Shown one piece after another: positions 1-10,467 of a DNA stretch of 34,342 nucleotides. The stretch is from Candidatus Thiovulum karukerense. GTDB taxonomy: Bacteria > Campylobacterota > Campylobacteria > Campylobacterales > Thiovulaceae. Location: NCBI GenBank assembly GCA_024281215.1, contig JAMJTX010000026.1, positions 1 through 34,342 on the forward strand. Direction: 5' to 3'. The notes under the pieces are model-generated. The model worked only from the letters and a program-made list of their open reading frames with translations. It did no database searches and had not been told where the DNA came from. The translations under genes and the position numbers were made by a program. Numbering within the stretch: position 1 is the first letter of the stretch; each line of letters begins with the position of its first letter.

Positions 1-1
1 T

Positions 2-2044
2 CATTACACTATATATGCTTTTATTAACATCACTTTTAGAAAGCTGATCAATTGAATAGACTTTTGTGATTGAACCAAGTGCTAATTTATTACTAGATTC
101 AACTCTAGTTAGAATATCATCATCTCCATTCTCTTTAATATCAAAGTTTCTATTTTCATCATTAATGGTTGTCATATATACATAATCACCACTCTCTTTA
201 GACTTAAAGTCCCCAAAGGTTAAAGTTGTTGCAATAGTGTTAGCTGTATTTCCATTACTAACTGTTTTTGAAATATAGTTACCATTACCTGTATAGTCAA
301 TATATAGATTTTCATCTGCTCCAAGAGTTGTATCATCAACTCTAAATGTTTTAGTAAATGTATTATCTAAAATATAGAATGGAGTGTTTCCAACAAGAAT
401 AACAGAGTCTTGGAATCCATTGATATCTAAATCAACAATAACATCATTAATAATATCTACTGAGCCACTTGAAAAATCCGTAGTTAAATCTGCAATATTA
501 TCTTCTGTAACATCAATTTCAGTTGTATTTATTTTGACTTTACCTAGTTCAATGGTTCCACTATTCAAAGGTGTATTAGCAGTAGTTCCATCACCATTGT
601 TATTTATAGAAGCTACTAATGTATATTCACCATATCTTGAAGCTACACCAGTATCCGTTAAGTTTGCAACAGCAATATATGAATTTGATGATAGATCATA
701 AGGATCTTGATCTCCAATTGTTCTTACAATATCAAATACATCGTCATCATTACCTCCACTATCTTTATCATAAACCCTAAACCGTCTGTCTGATAAAATA
801 ACTATTTTTCCTGTTAGCTCAGTATCATCGATTGGGAATGCTCTAACATTAAAATTTTTAGACAGCTCTCCCTTTTCAATACCAGAGCTAATTTGATTAT
901 TAATAGCTCTACATACCTCTTGAGGATTTACCCCATTAGCATCAATAGAGTATAAAGTGATGGATATACTCTCTTTACCTGTCTCATCAGTGATAGTAAA
1001 TTCATCATCAACTGCTTGATTAGATAATTTTAATATCAATCCTGTTGATGAGTGTCGAAGATAACCATCTGGAAATGAGAGCATATTCCAGCCACTTGAT
1101 AAGAGAGGGTGTCCGCCATATCGACTAGTATTGTTTCCATCTGAAAGAGGGTAGTAAGTTTTAGAGTATGTTGTAAGAGATATATTTCCATCTCCAAGAA
1201 TTAGACCATGCTGTGTTGTAGCTTCAGTATCGTCATGGAGTTTTACCCAATATGCACTTCCTGCTGTTAACTCTGTAAAATCATTTGAGCTATCAGCTAT
1301 CTCAGAGTAGAAGCTCTCCCAAATAGATCTATTAGAGTCTAGCCGAAATACTTTTATCCAGTCATCACCAACAGTAAGATCATCTCTGTGAGCAGAGTCT
1401 CTATCATAATCCAGAATATCACCAGATTGACCATCTCTCCCTGGATTGTTTGTGAAGTCCATATCTATCAATTTACGAATCTTAAATGTGTAATCAGATG
1501 TAGCCACTTTTAAGGCTGACAGAGTCATTGGATTGTCAGAAGTGTGGGAAGAGTTAAAATAGCCATAATAGACTCTATTATCATTAAGGTCTGTAATAAC
1601 TTTTAAGTGAAACATTTCACCCTCAAGGTTTGCCTGATACTTCACTTTTATATCAGCAGTTCCACTGTTGTCACTATCGATAAATATCTCTCGTCGTGGT
1701 TGGTAGCTATCAATTGAAAAACCATCTCCATTAAATGAGAGAGTAATTGTATTGAAGTCTGTATCTGTCACCTCAAAACCGACTAGATGAGTTGTTGCAT
1801 TATATACAGCTAGAGTTCCACCATCAGCAGTTCCTATATAACTCCCATCGTTAATGCCACCATCAACCTCAGTCCCATAGTGCCAATCCCCGCTCGTTGT
1901 AATATCACCACTTCCAGAACCCTCCATAAAAGCCCCTGGAACACCTATAAGTTTCCACTGGTCGTTAGGCAAAACAACCTCAACAAGATTATTTGCACTT
2001 AGTCCAATAAAAGCTACTAGAGAAAAAAGTCTTAATATCTTCAC
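2..2044 (-). CDS. Large secreted surface protein, 3'-truncated by the window edge (>681 aa); paralog of the 1353-aa protein at 6168..10229
   Basis: Not in the ORF track. Manual translation: GTG at 2044 overlaps the upstream TGA (GTGA), and no in-frame stop occurs down to base 2. It begins MKILRLFSLVAFIGLSANNLVEVVLPNDQWKLIGVPG (signal-peptide-like) and shares ordered motifs with the 1353-aa protein (NNPG, YDRDS, ELTAGSAYWVK, GLILGD, GWNMLSFP, RAIN, FNVRAFP, YGEYTLV). Confidence 0.9.
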   Translation of the reverse strand, partial: MKILRLFSLVAFIGLSANNLVEVVLPNDQWKLIGVPGAFMEGSGSGDITTSGDWHYGTEVDGGINDGSYIGTADGGTLAVYNATTHLVGFEVTDTDFNTITLSFNGDGFSIDSYQPRREIFIDSDNSGTADIKVKYQANLEGEMFHLKVITDLNDNRVYYGYFNSSHTSDNPMTLSALKVATSDYTFKIRKLIDMDFTNNPGRDGQSGDILDYDRDSAHRDDLTVGDDWIKVFRLDSNRSIWESFYSEIADSSNDFTELTAGSAYWVKLHDDTEATTQHGLILGDGNISLTTYSKTYYPLSDGNNTSRYGGHPLLSSGWNMLSFPDGYLRHSSTGLILKLSNQAVDDEFTITDETGKESISITLYSIDANGVNPQEVCRAINNQISSGIEKGELSKNFNVRAFPIDDTELTGKIVILSDRRFRVYDKDSGGNDDDVFDIVRTIGDQDPYDLSSNSYIAVANLTDTGVASRYGEYTLVASINNNGDGTTANTPLNSGTIELGKVKINTTEIDVTEDNIADLTTDFSSGSVDIINDVIVDLDINGFQDSVILVGNTPFYILDNTFTKTFRVDDTTLGADENLYIDYTGNGNYISKTVSNGNTANTIATTLTFGDFKSKESGDYVYMTTINDENRNFDIKENGDDDILTRVESSNKLALGSITKVYSIDQLSKSDVNKSIYSVM

Positions 2045-2643
2045 ACACTCTCCCTATCTATATAGTAATCTGTAATCTCTGTATATAGTTCAATTTCGTC
2101 ATATCGGAATATCTTTTCAACTATTGGTTCAAAAAAATCAACCATCTGTTGAGGAATAATAGGAGTTGCAATATAGATAGACTCAATCTTAAATACAGAT
2201 GATATCGTTGCTATTGCTGTCTCCATTCGTAAACCAGTCTCAACTGCTTCATCAACTAAAATAACTTTTTCAACTGTTTCACCTATCTTTAAGTTATCTC
2301 GATTGCCTCGAATAGCTTCAACTCTCGGCATAAGTTTATAGTCATAAATAACATCAATACTATTTAAAAGCATCTCCCGTTCAAGTTGAAAAGCCTCTTT
2401 AAGAACATCGTCAATAATTATAGTTTTAAATTCGCTAACCATAGCTATTTCACAATCAGAGTTCTTTTGGCAAAATACAGGCTCTAAAAATAGTCTTTTA
2501 TTTGGAATTTGAAGATGCTTAGAGAGAATTTTAGCTATCTGCTCCCCACTCTCTGAAATTGCAACAAGAAGCCAATTTTTATCTTCCAACTCCCCGATTG
2601 TTTCTAAGAGTTTTAGTGAAGCATCTTCGATATTTTGAAACAC
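2041..2643 (-). CDS. Phosphoribosyltransferase-fold protein with degenerate PRPP-binding loop
   Basis: ILVDEAVETGLRM resembles the PRTase hhhDDxxxTGxT loop, followed by IYIATPI. Abuts mlaD upstream and overlaps the start of the surface protein gene. Confidence 0.7.
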   Translation of the reverse strand: MFQNIEDASLKLLETIGELEDKNWLLVAISESGEQIAKILSKHLQIPNKRLFLEPVFCQKNSDCEIAMVSEFKTIIIDDVLKEAFQLEREMLLNSIDVIYDYKLMPRVEAIRGNRDNLKIGETVEKVILVDEAVETGLRMETAIATISSVFKIESIYIATPIIPQQMVDFFEPIVEKIFRYDEIELYTEITDYYIDRESV

Positions 2644-4020
2644 TTATAGACCTCCTCCAGCAGCTCCCATAAATGCTTTAAGATCGTTATCAATAAAGTA
2701 GAACCCAACTCCCATAAATAGCGCAGAGTGACTATTAATTAAGTTTGTCCCACCTACTAAGAGATCGATATGGTCATAGACTCTATATCGCAATGAAGCT
2801 TTTAAATTTGCTCCATCATTTCTGATATCATTTACAGCATTAAAATCAAATGCTTCAAGTGAAAATTTAAGCTTGTCTGCAAAAGCGAAGAAGTCTATAC
2901 CTAAACCACCTGTACTTTCAATCAATCCAGCTCGGAACAACCAATCACCATACCTTTTTCCATACTGTGCAGAGAAGAGAGTCTCTCCATCTTCATGAAG
3001 CTGACTTCCCTTAATTGTTCCATCAGACTTGTACTCATCATAGACAGGAGCATTAACAAGTGAGAAGAGATAGTATGTATTTGGATTTGGAAGATAAGCG
3101 ATATTTGTATATGTTGAGAAAGTCTCATCTCGGAAATTATGCTCAGCCCTCATCGAGAATTGAAGCTCAGATTTTGTTAATGATAAAATAATTTTATCTA
3201 ACTCTTTAATAGTCTCTTCACCCTTAGAAAAGAATCCTTCAACAGAGTCTAAGCTATTTATTAGAGGCTCTTTTGCATCACTAACAGTTCCGTTTAGCTC
3301 TGTTACAAGAATCTGAATTGAATCTAGCACCTCAGGAAGTCGTCTATCTAAATTTGCTCCAACAGAGTGGTATTTATCAAGGGTTCTTTCAAGAGATTCT
3401 ATAACAGCTGGAAGATTTGATGAAGCACTCTCTATATTTGTTACTGTATTTTTTACTCCATCTCTATTCTCTTGAATAACCCCCTTAAGATCTCGGAGGA
3501 TTGTGGCAAGATTAGATATTGCTCCCTCTAACTCATCTCGTCTATCTTGGTTGAGGGTACTTCTAATCTCTTGAGCAAGTTGTCTAAACTCCTCTGATGT
3601 CTGGAAAAAGCTATCACTTGTCTTCTCAAAAGATGCCAACTTTTTATATCTTTTAATAAATGAGCCTTCACCAAGGTAGATTGGTGAGTGACCTCTATTT
3701 ATAGCTACTATTTTACTTCCAAGAAGTGACTCTTGGACAAGTTGCACCTCTGAATCTTTTGGTATCTGATACCCATTTTCAATAAAGAGGTTTAAGACAA
3801 TAAAGTCATCAGCCATTGAGAATGACTCAACCCAACCGATAGAGATACCATTCATCTTAACTTTAGAGTTAATTTCAAGACCAGTTGAATCATCAACAAA
3901 GACCTGAACTCTATACCCCTCTGCATTAACATTTTTAAACTCACTAACTTGAGTTGTCAATAGAAACAGCATTGCCAAACCAAGAACAACGAAAAAACCA
4001 ACTTTTGCCTCTACACTCAT
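2644..4020 (-). CDS. mlaD: MCE/MlaD family protein, long form (TM anchor, MCE domain, helical stalk, beta-rich C-terminus)
   Basis: EAKVGFFV N-terminal TM; MCE motifs GLEINSKVKMNGISIGWV and SLLGSKIVAI; long amphipathic helical region; C-terminal aromatic beta-strand pattern. Confidence 0.85.
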   Translation of the reverse strand: MSVEAKVGFFVVLGLAMLFLLTTQVSEFKNVNAEGYRVQVFVDDSTGLEINSKVKMNGISIGWVESFSMADDFIVLNLFIENGYQIPKDSEVQLVQESLLGSKIVAINRGHSPIYLGEGSFIKRYKKLASFEKTSDSFFQTSEEFRQLAQEIRSTLNQDRRDELEGAISNLATILRDLKGVIQENRDGVKNTVTNIESASSNLPAVIESLERTLDKYHSVGANLDRRLPEVLDSIQILVTELNGTVSDAKEPLINSLDSVEGFFSKGEETIKELDKIILSLTKSELQFSMRAEHNFRDETFSTYTNIAYLPNPNTYYLFSLVNAPVYDEYKSDGTIKGSQLHEDGETLFSAQYGKRYGDWLFRAGLIESTGGLGIDFFAFADKLKFSLEAFDFNAVNDIRNDGANLKASLRYRVYDHIDLLVGGTNLINSHSALFMGVGFYFIDNDLKAFMGAAGGGL

Positions 4021-4169
4021 CTCTCTATAACCTCTAAATCACTATTTATCATTAATATTCAGCTCTTAAAAATTTTTACTATATTATCATGATTCTAATC
4101 TAGGGAGTGAATGGTTATCACTCGATTAAGTTTCTACTTGGAAATATAAGAGTTAATGAAAGGAGTTAG

Positions 4170-6113
<1,944 letters not shown>

Positions 6114-6167
6114 ACGATTCTTTGACTAGTATATTAATGTAAATAGAGATATAGGGGAGGTTCCGCA

Positions 6168-9100
6168 ATGGCTGGAAAACTAGGTAGGCTACTTATAGCC
6201 TTTATGCTATTCAACACACTCTTATCCGCTGAAAATGATCTGAGTCCAAAGTATGTTCGACTCTTTTCAAATGATAGTAGTGGTGATGGTGTATGGCAGA
6301 TGGTGGGTGTTGCAGGTTTTTATAACAACATCTATGGAGTTGGATTTGATGAAAAAGTAGGGAGTAATGTATATACAGCTTTCTACTGTGATGACAATAG
6401 TGAAGACTCGATTATTAGGGCTAAAGTAGTTAATTCTGAGACTAATGATGACGAGATGAGAAACCGATATTGGTTATTCTCTGTATCTCTCCAGAAGAGT
6501 GTCACAGGATATGAGCCTCTAGTTGTTGATATTGCATCATCTAACTTAAACTGTTCAACAGTCGGTCAATATAATGGTGTTCCATCACTGGAGAAACCAG
6601 TTGAAGAGCCAAATGGAACAGATGTGATGATTAACTTTATTCATGCTTCAAATGTTAACCCAACTGTTGTATTCTCATTAGGCTATGATCTCGATACTGA
6701 GGGGAAAGATATATATAGCATTACTATCGATGATGATGCGACACCTGTTACATTAAGTTCATTGGCAATGGATCAGACAACTCAGACTTACTCATCAATT
6801 ATCTCAAATATGAGTGTAAAAAAGCAGTCAATTGGTAGTATTGTTGATCTATATCTTAATGATAACCCTGGTTTTGGTAGTGCAGATGATAACTCAACAA
6901 ACTATGATAGAGATAGTAGAGAGTTTGTCTCTGTAAATCATCAAGTACCTATTGATGAGAGTAACTTCCTAAGTGATGAGGTAACTCTGACTATATATAG
7001 TTATGAAGATGCTGATGGTGATGATACAGTTGCATCACGAAATAGTTGGCAACTATACAACAACAAACGACCTAGTGCCGAAAACGGATTTAATGAACTT
7101 CAAGCTGGTAGAGGATACTGGATGAAGTATGACTTCTCTGCTGATAGAACATCAACATTTATTCAAACACTAGATCTAAACTCTAGTTGTGGTAGAGGTT
7201 GTGAAAGTAACTTAACTATTAGCATGAATGGTGATCTCAATAGCACTAACTACCAATTTACAGATAGTGATGTTGATTCAATAGTTTCTGTTCTTAATGA
7301 TACTAATGTCTCTAGAAATGGTGTTGCAGAAGTTAATATATCTGCTGTTAAGATAGCAAACAACTCTATCCTTATTCGAGCTATTGCCGGTGCAAAGCCT
7401 ACTCTTAAAGAGGAGAAGGTTGATGGTGTTACAAAAAATATCTTTTTAAATATTAAAAATGCAACTACTGCATTCTCTAATACAGAAGATATTAAAGCCG
7501 GTCTTGTTCTTGGTGATAGTAGTGTTGTATTAACATCTAGTTCCGTCTATCCACAAATTGTAAGAGAGGGTTGGAATCTATTAACTCTGCCAACTTCAAC
7601 AATTCGAGAGAGTGTTACAGGATTAATGATTGACTGGACAGCTCCAGACTTTAATAAACTTCAGATTAGTGATCACTCTGGTGTTAATGTTGTTGATGTT
7701 ATTGATTCAGATAGTAACCTTTTAATGGATCAAGCTAGTCTAAGAGACTCAGCAAGAGCAATTAATCAAGCTATCTATAAAGCTCAAACATCAGGAACTC
7801 TCTCAACTCAGTACTTTAATGTAAGAGCTATTCCAGTAACTGATGCTAATGATGTGAATAAAATTATGTTGATATCTAATGATCGATTCTCTATTGCAGT
7901 TGATAAAACTGGTCATAGTAGTTTTACAGGAAAAGTTTTATCACTAAATGGTAATGATAAAAATATTAGAGATACATCTATTGTATCAAGTGATGCAAAT
8001 TTATCAACATCAACTTATGGAGAGTATGCTCTTGTTTTTGAACCTAACCTCAACTCTCAATTTGTTAAAGATGGTATCGCTTCATTTGAGATTAATGGAC
8101 ATAAAATAGCTATTGCAGCTAATGCAACTCTAAATTCTCTAAAGAATCAAATTAATGGTGCAAATATTGATGTTAATGCATCTGAGATAGACTCAGATAT
8201 AGATGGAACGATGGATAGACTTCTTATAACATCAAGCTCAGTTATATCTATCAGGGATACAACTTATACAAAAGTTTATAAATTTACACCTAATCTTATT
8301 GGTGATGTTACGGTATCTCTTCATAAAGGGACAGATTTAGATGGTGAAGTACTTAATTCAAGAGTTACTGTTGCAAAAGATAAGAATATCTCTACATCAT
8401 CTTACACTCAAAATGGGACTTATCTAGATGGTGAAGTTACAAAGAACTATTATAGTTATATAGTAGATAAAGATGGAAATGGAACAATTACTGGAAGTGA
8501 GACAGAATATATTGTTTTAGTTTCGCAAACTCCTGACCTATATCTCAGAGAGAGTGCAGAGTCAAACAACACAGATGATAGCCTTGAAGAGAACCTCTCT
8601 TATGATAAAAATGTTTCAACAGCCGGAGCAATTTTAGGTGCAATTCACGGTGGAACATTTGCAACTGTTGATCTTGATAGCAATGGAGATATCAATAGTA
8701 GCAAACTTGGTGAAAGAAATGTGACAGCAAACAAGTTTATTACAGATGACCTTTTAGTCTCAAATGCTCTTATTACTCTCTATAATGCATTTGCAAATAA
8801 AGAGACAAAATATGTTCCTACTATGATCATTGGTGGTGAATCAAATGTAGATACTGGTATTATCAAATGGCAGAAACTATCACCTATTCAACAGATTAGT
8901 AAATGGTATAAAGATTACAACCTTTTCCATACTAATAACCAAAAGGGTTACTGGGTATATCTTGATAAGTACGACTCAAATAACAGTCTTGTTAAAGTGT
9001 TGATAGAGGAAGATATCGGTTCTGGTATTGAGGAGAATGAAGTCCCAACCGTTACAAAACAGTATATTAGAAGTTTTGATAATGAGCGCAATACTACAAC

Positions 9101-10229
9101 AAATATGTTTGACCTTGATATATCCGCATTTGTTAAAGGTGTAAAGACAACAACAGATAGTAATGGAGATACAGTAGCAGATGAGAGTAGTCTTTTTGTA
9201 TCAGCTCAACTTGTAGGTGTCTCAGATGCTCTTGAAGCTCTTGAGTTTAAAATGCCTATAAATAGTTCAACTGAGGATTCTGCTCCAACAGTTGATGGAA
9301 TTAGAGAGTTCTCAACAGAGATTAACTACTTTGATGTTGATGGTCTCCATAGAGATATGTTAAGTGGTCTAACTCAATTAACAGGTATTAAAATTACTGC
9401 AACAGATGGGCGACTTGATACAGATGAATATACAATTCCTCTTGATGTAACAAAGCCTAAAAAACCTACTCTTGAGTTTAAGACAACAGAGCCTAGAGAT
9501 ATCTTTATTACAGCTGGTGATGTCAATGATACAGTTAAATATCTCATATTTAAAGATAGAATAGATGATATTAATGGAACTGTTATCGATAGCTCAAATG
9601 GTATAAATATACCATCTAACTTTATTATGGAAGTTAATAGAACAGATGGGGAGAGTGGAGTTGGAGGACTTTGCCAACACCCTACTTTTAGTGGTGACAA
9701 CTTAGAGTATGCTTCTCTTATTGTTCTTGCTCTTGATAACCAAGATGATACTCAAGCAAACTTCTCTGATATGAAACGAATCAACTTCTTACCTATGAGA
9801 GATAGCCATGTTTTAGAGAGTACTTATGCTAATGGTTCTACAACTGAAAGAGACGAAGTACCAACTATCTACAACTCATCTTGTGATAATGACGGTGACT
9901 TAACAGATAGTACAGGTGAAACAATAAATAGTGGGATTAGCTTAAAATCTCTTAATGGAGAAGTTCGTATAGCTTACCGAGGTATTGAGGGTGAAAAGTT
10001 TGCTCAAGATCTACCAAATACAATAGTTGTGGGTGTTGTTGGAAACTCAACAGTAAGAGTTGCTGAGATTAAGTATATTGATAGATATGTTGGTAAAAAC
10101 TTCTATATCTCTTATAACGGAAAGATTTATGGTCAAACTTTCCCAACAACAGCAGATTCTGAAAACTATTTAGAGACACCATATCCATTAAACTTAGTCT
10201 CAAATAGTGGGCAGATAATAGGTGATTAA
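6168..10229 (+). CDS. Giant secreted surface protein (1353 aa), predicted heavily N-glycosylated; function unknown
   Basis: SD GGGGAGG, Sec-like signal (RLLIAFMLFNTLLSA), acidic S/T/N/D-rich beta-type composition, 20 D/E-x-N-x-S/T sequons, paralogous to the gene at 2..2044. Confidence 0.9.
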   Translation: MAGKLGRLLIAFMLFNTLLSAENDLSPKYVRLFSNDSSGDGVWQMVGVAGFYNNIYGVGFDEKVGSNVYTAFYCDDNSEDSIIRAKVVNSETNDDEMRNRYWLFSVSLQKSVTGYEPLVVDIASSNLNCSTVGQYNGVPSLEKPVEEPNGTDVMINFIHASNVNPTVVFSLGYDLDTEGKDIYSITIDDDATPVTLSSLAMDQTTQTYSSIISNMSVKKQSIGSIVDLYLNDNPGFGSADDNSTNYDRDSREFVSVNHQVPIDESNFLSDEVTLTIYSYEDADGDDTVASRNSWQLYNNKRPSAENGFNELQAGRGYWMKYDFSADRTSTFIQTLDLNSSCGRGCESNLTISMNGDLNSTNYQFTDSDVDSIVSVLNDTNVSRNGVAEVNISAVKIANNSILIRAIAGAKPTLKEEKVDGVTKNIFLNIKNATTAFSNTEDIKAGLVLGDSSVVLTSSSVYPQIVREGWNLLTLPTSTIRESVTGLMIDWTAPDFNKLQISDHSGVNVVDVIDSDSNLLMDQASLRDSARAINQAIYKAQTSGTLSTQYFNVRAIPVTDANDVNKIMLISNDRFSIAVDKTGHSSFTGKVLSLNGNDKNIRDTSIVSSDANLSTSTYGEYALVFEPNLNSQFVKDGIASFEINGHKIAIAANATLNSLKNQINGANIDVNASEIDSDIDGTMDRLLITSSSVISIRDTTYTKVYKFTPNLIGDVTVSLHKGTDLDGEVLNSRVTVAKDKNISTSSYTQNGTYLDGEVTKNYYSYIVDKDGNGTITGSETEYIVLVSQTPDLYLRESAESNNTDDSLEENLSYDKNVSTAGAILGAIHGGTFATVDLDSNGDINSSKLGERNVTANKFITDDLLVSNALITLYNAFANKETKYVPTMIIGGESNVDTGIIKWQKLSPIQQISKWYKDYNLFHTNNQKGYWVYLDKYDSNNSLVKVLIEEDIGSGIEENEVPTVTKQYIRSFDNERNTTTNMFDLDISAFVKGVKTTTDSNGDTVADESSLFVSAQLVGVSDALEALEFKMPINSSTEDSAPTVDGIREFSTEINYFDVDGLHRDMLSGLTQLTGIKITATDGRLDTDEYTIPLDVTKPKKPTLEFKTTEPRDIFITAGDVNDTVKYLIFKDRIDDINGTVIDSSNGINIPSNFIMEVNRTDGESGVGGLCQHPTFSGDNLEYASLIVLALDNQDDTQANFSDMKRINFLPMRDSHVLESTYANGSTTERDEVPTIYNSSCDNDGDLTDSTGETINSGISLKSLNGEVRIAYRGIEGEKFAQDLPNTIVVGVVGNSTVRVAEIKYIDRYVGKNFYISYNGKIYGQTFPTTADSENYLETPYPLNLVSNSGQIIGD

Positions 10230-10259
10230 GAGTCACACTATATTTAGAAGGAGTATAAA

Positions 10260-10466
10260 ATGCTAACAGCAATTGCAGCACTACTTGTCGCCTCCCTTGT
10301 GGGGGGGGTTTTTGGCTCTGTGGCAACATACACCTATGTTGATTCATCTGAAGGTAAGTATTGCGATAGAATGAGTGATGAAGTAACTCCTGATGAGGAG
10401 TTCTATAATGAATATGGCACAACAGAAAATTATAACTCTGGAGAAGACGGATACGAAGGGTATTGA
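10260..10466 (+). CDS. Small membrane-anchored or secreted peptide (68 aa) with acidic Tyr-rich tail
   Basis: Strong SD (GAAGGAG), hydrophobic N-terminus with GxxxG (GGVFG), and stop TGA 1 nt before the lipoprotein ATG at 10468. Confidence 0.6.
   Translation: MLTAIAALLVASLVGGVFGSVATYTYVDSSEGKYCDRMSDEVTPDEEFYNEYGTTENYNSGEDGYEGY
10291..10313 (+). terminator. Terminator-like hairpin or G8 tract inside the small ORF
   Basis: CCTCCC-TTGT-GGGGGG then GG and TTTTT, about 60 nt after the stop of the 1353-aa gene. Confidence 0.4.
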
Positions 10467-10467
10467 T

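Noticed and set aside
384-701. 105-aa plus-strand ORF in the track
   Set aside because: It is an antisense shadow of the real minus-strand gene at 2..2044.
10393-10467. Longer N-terminus of the lipoprotein given by the ORF track
   Set aside because: It overlaps the 68-aa ORF and displaces the lipoprotein signal peptide; ATG 10468 fits better.
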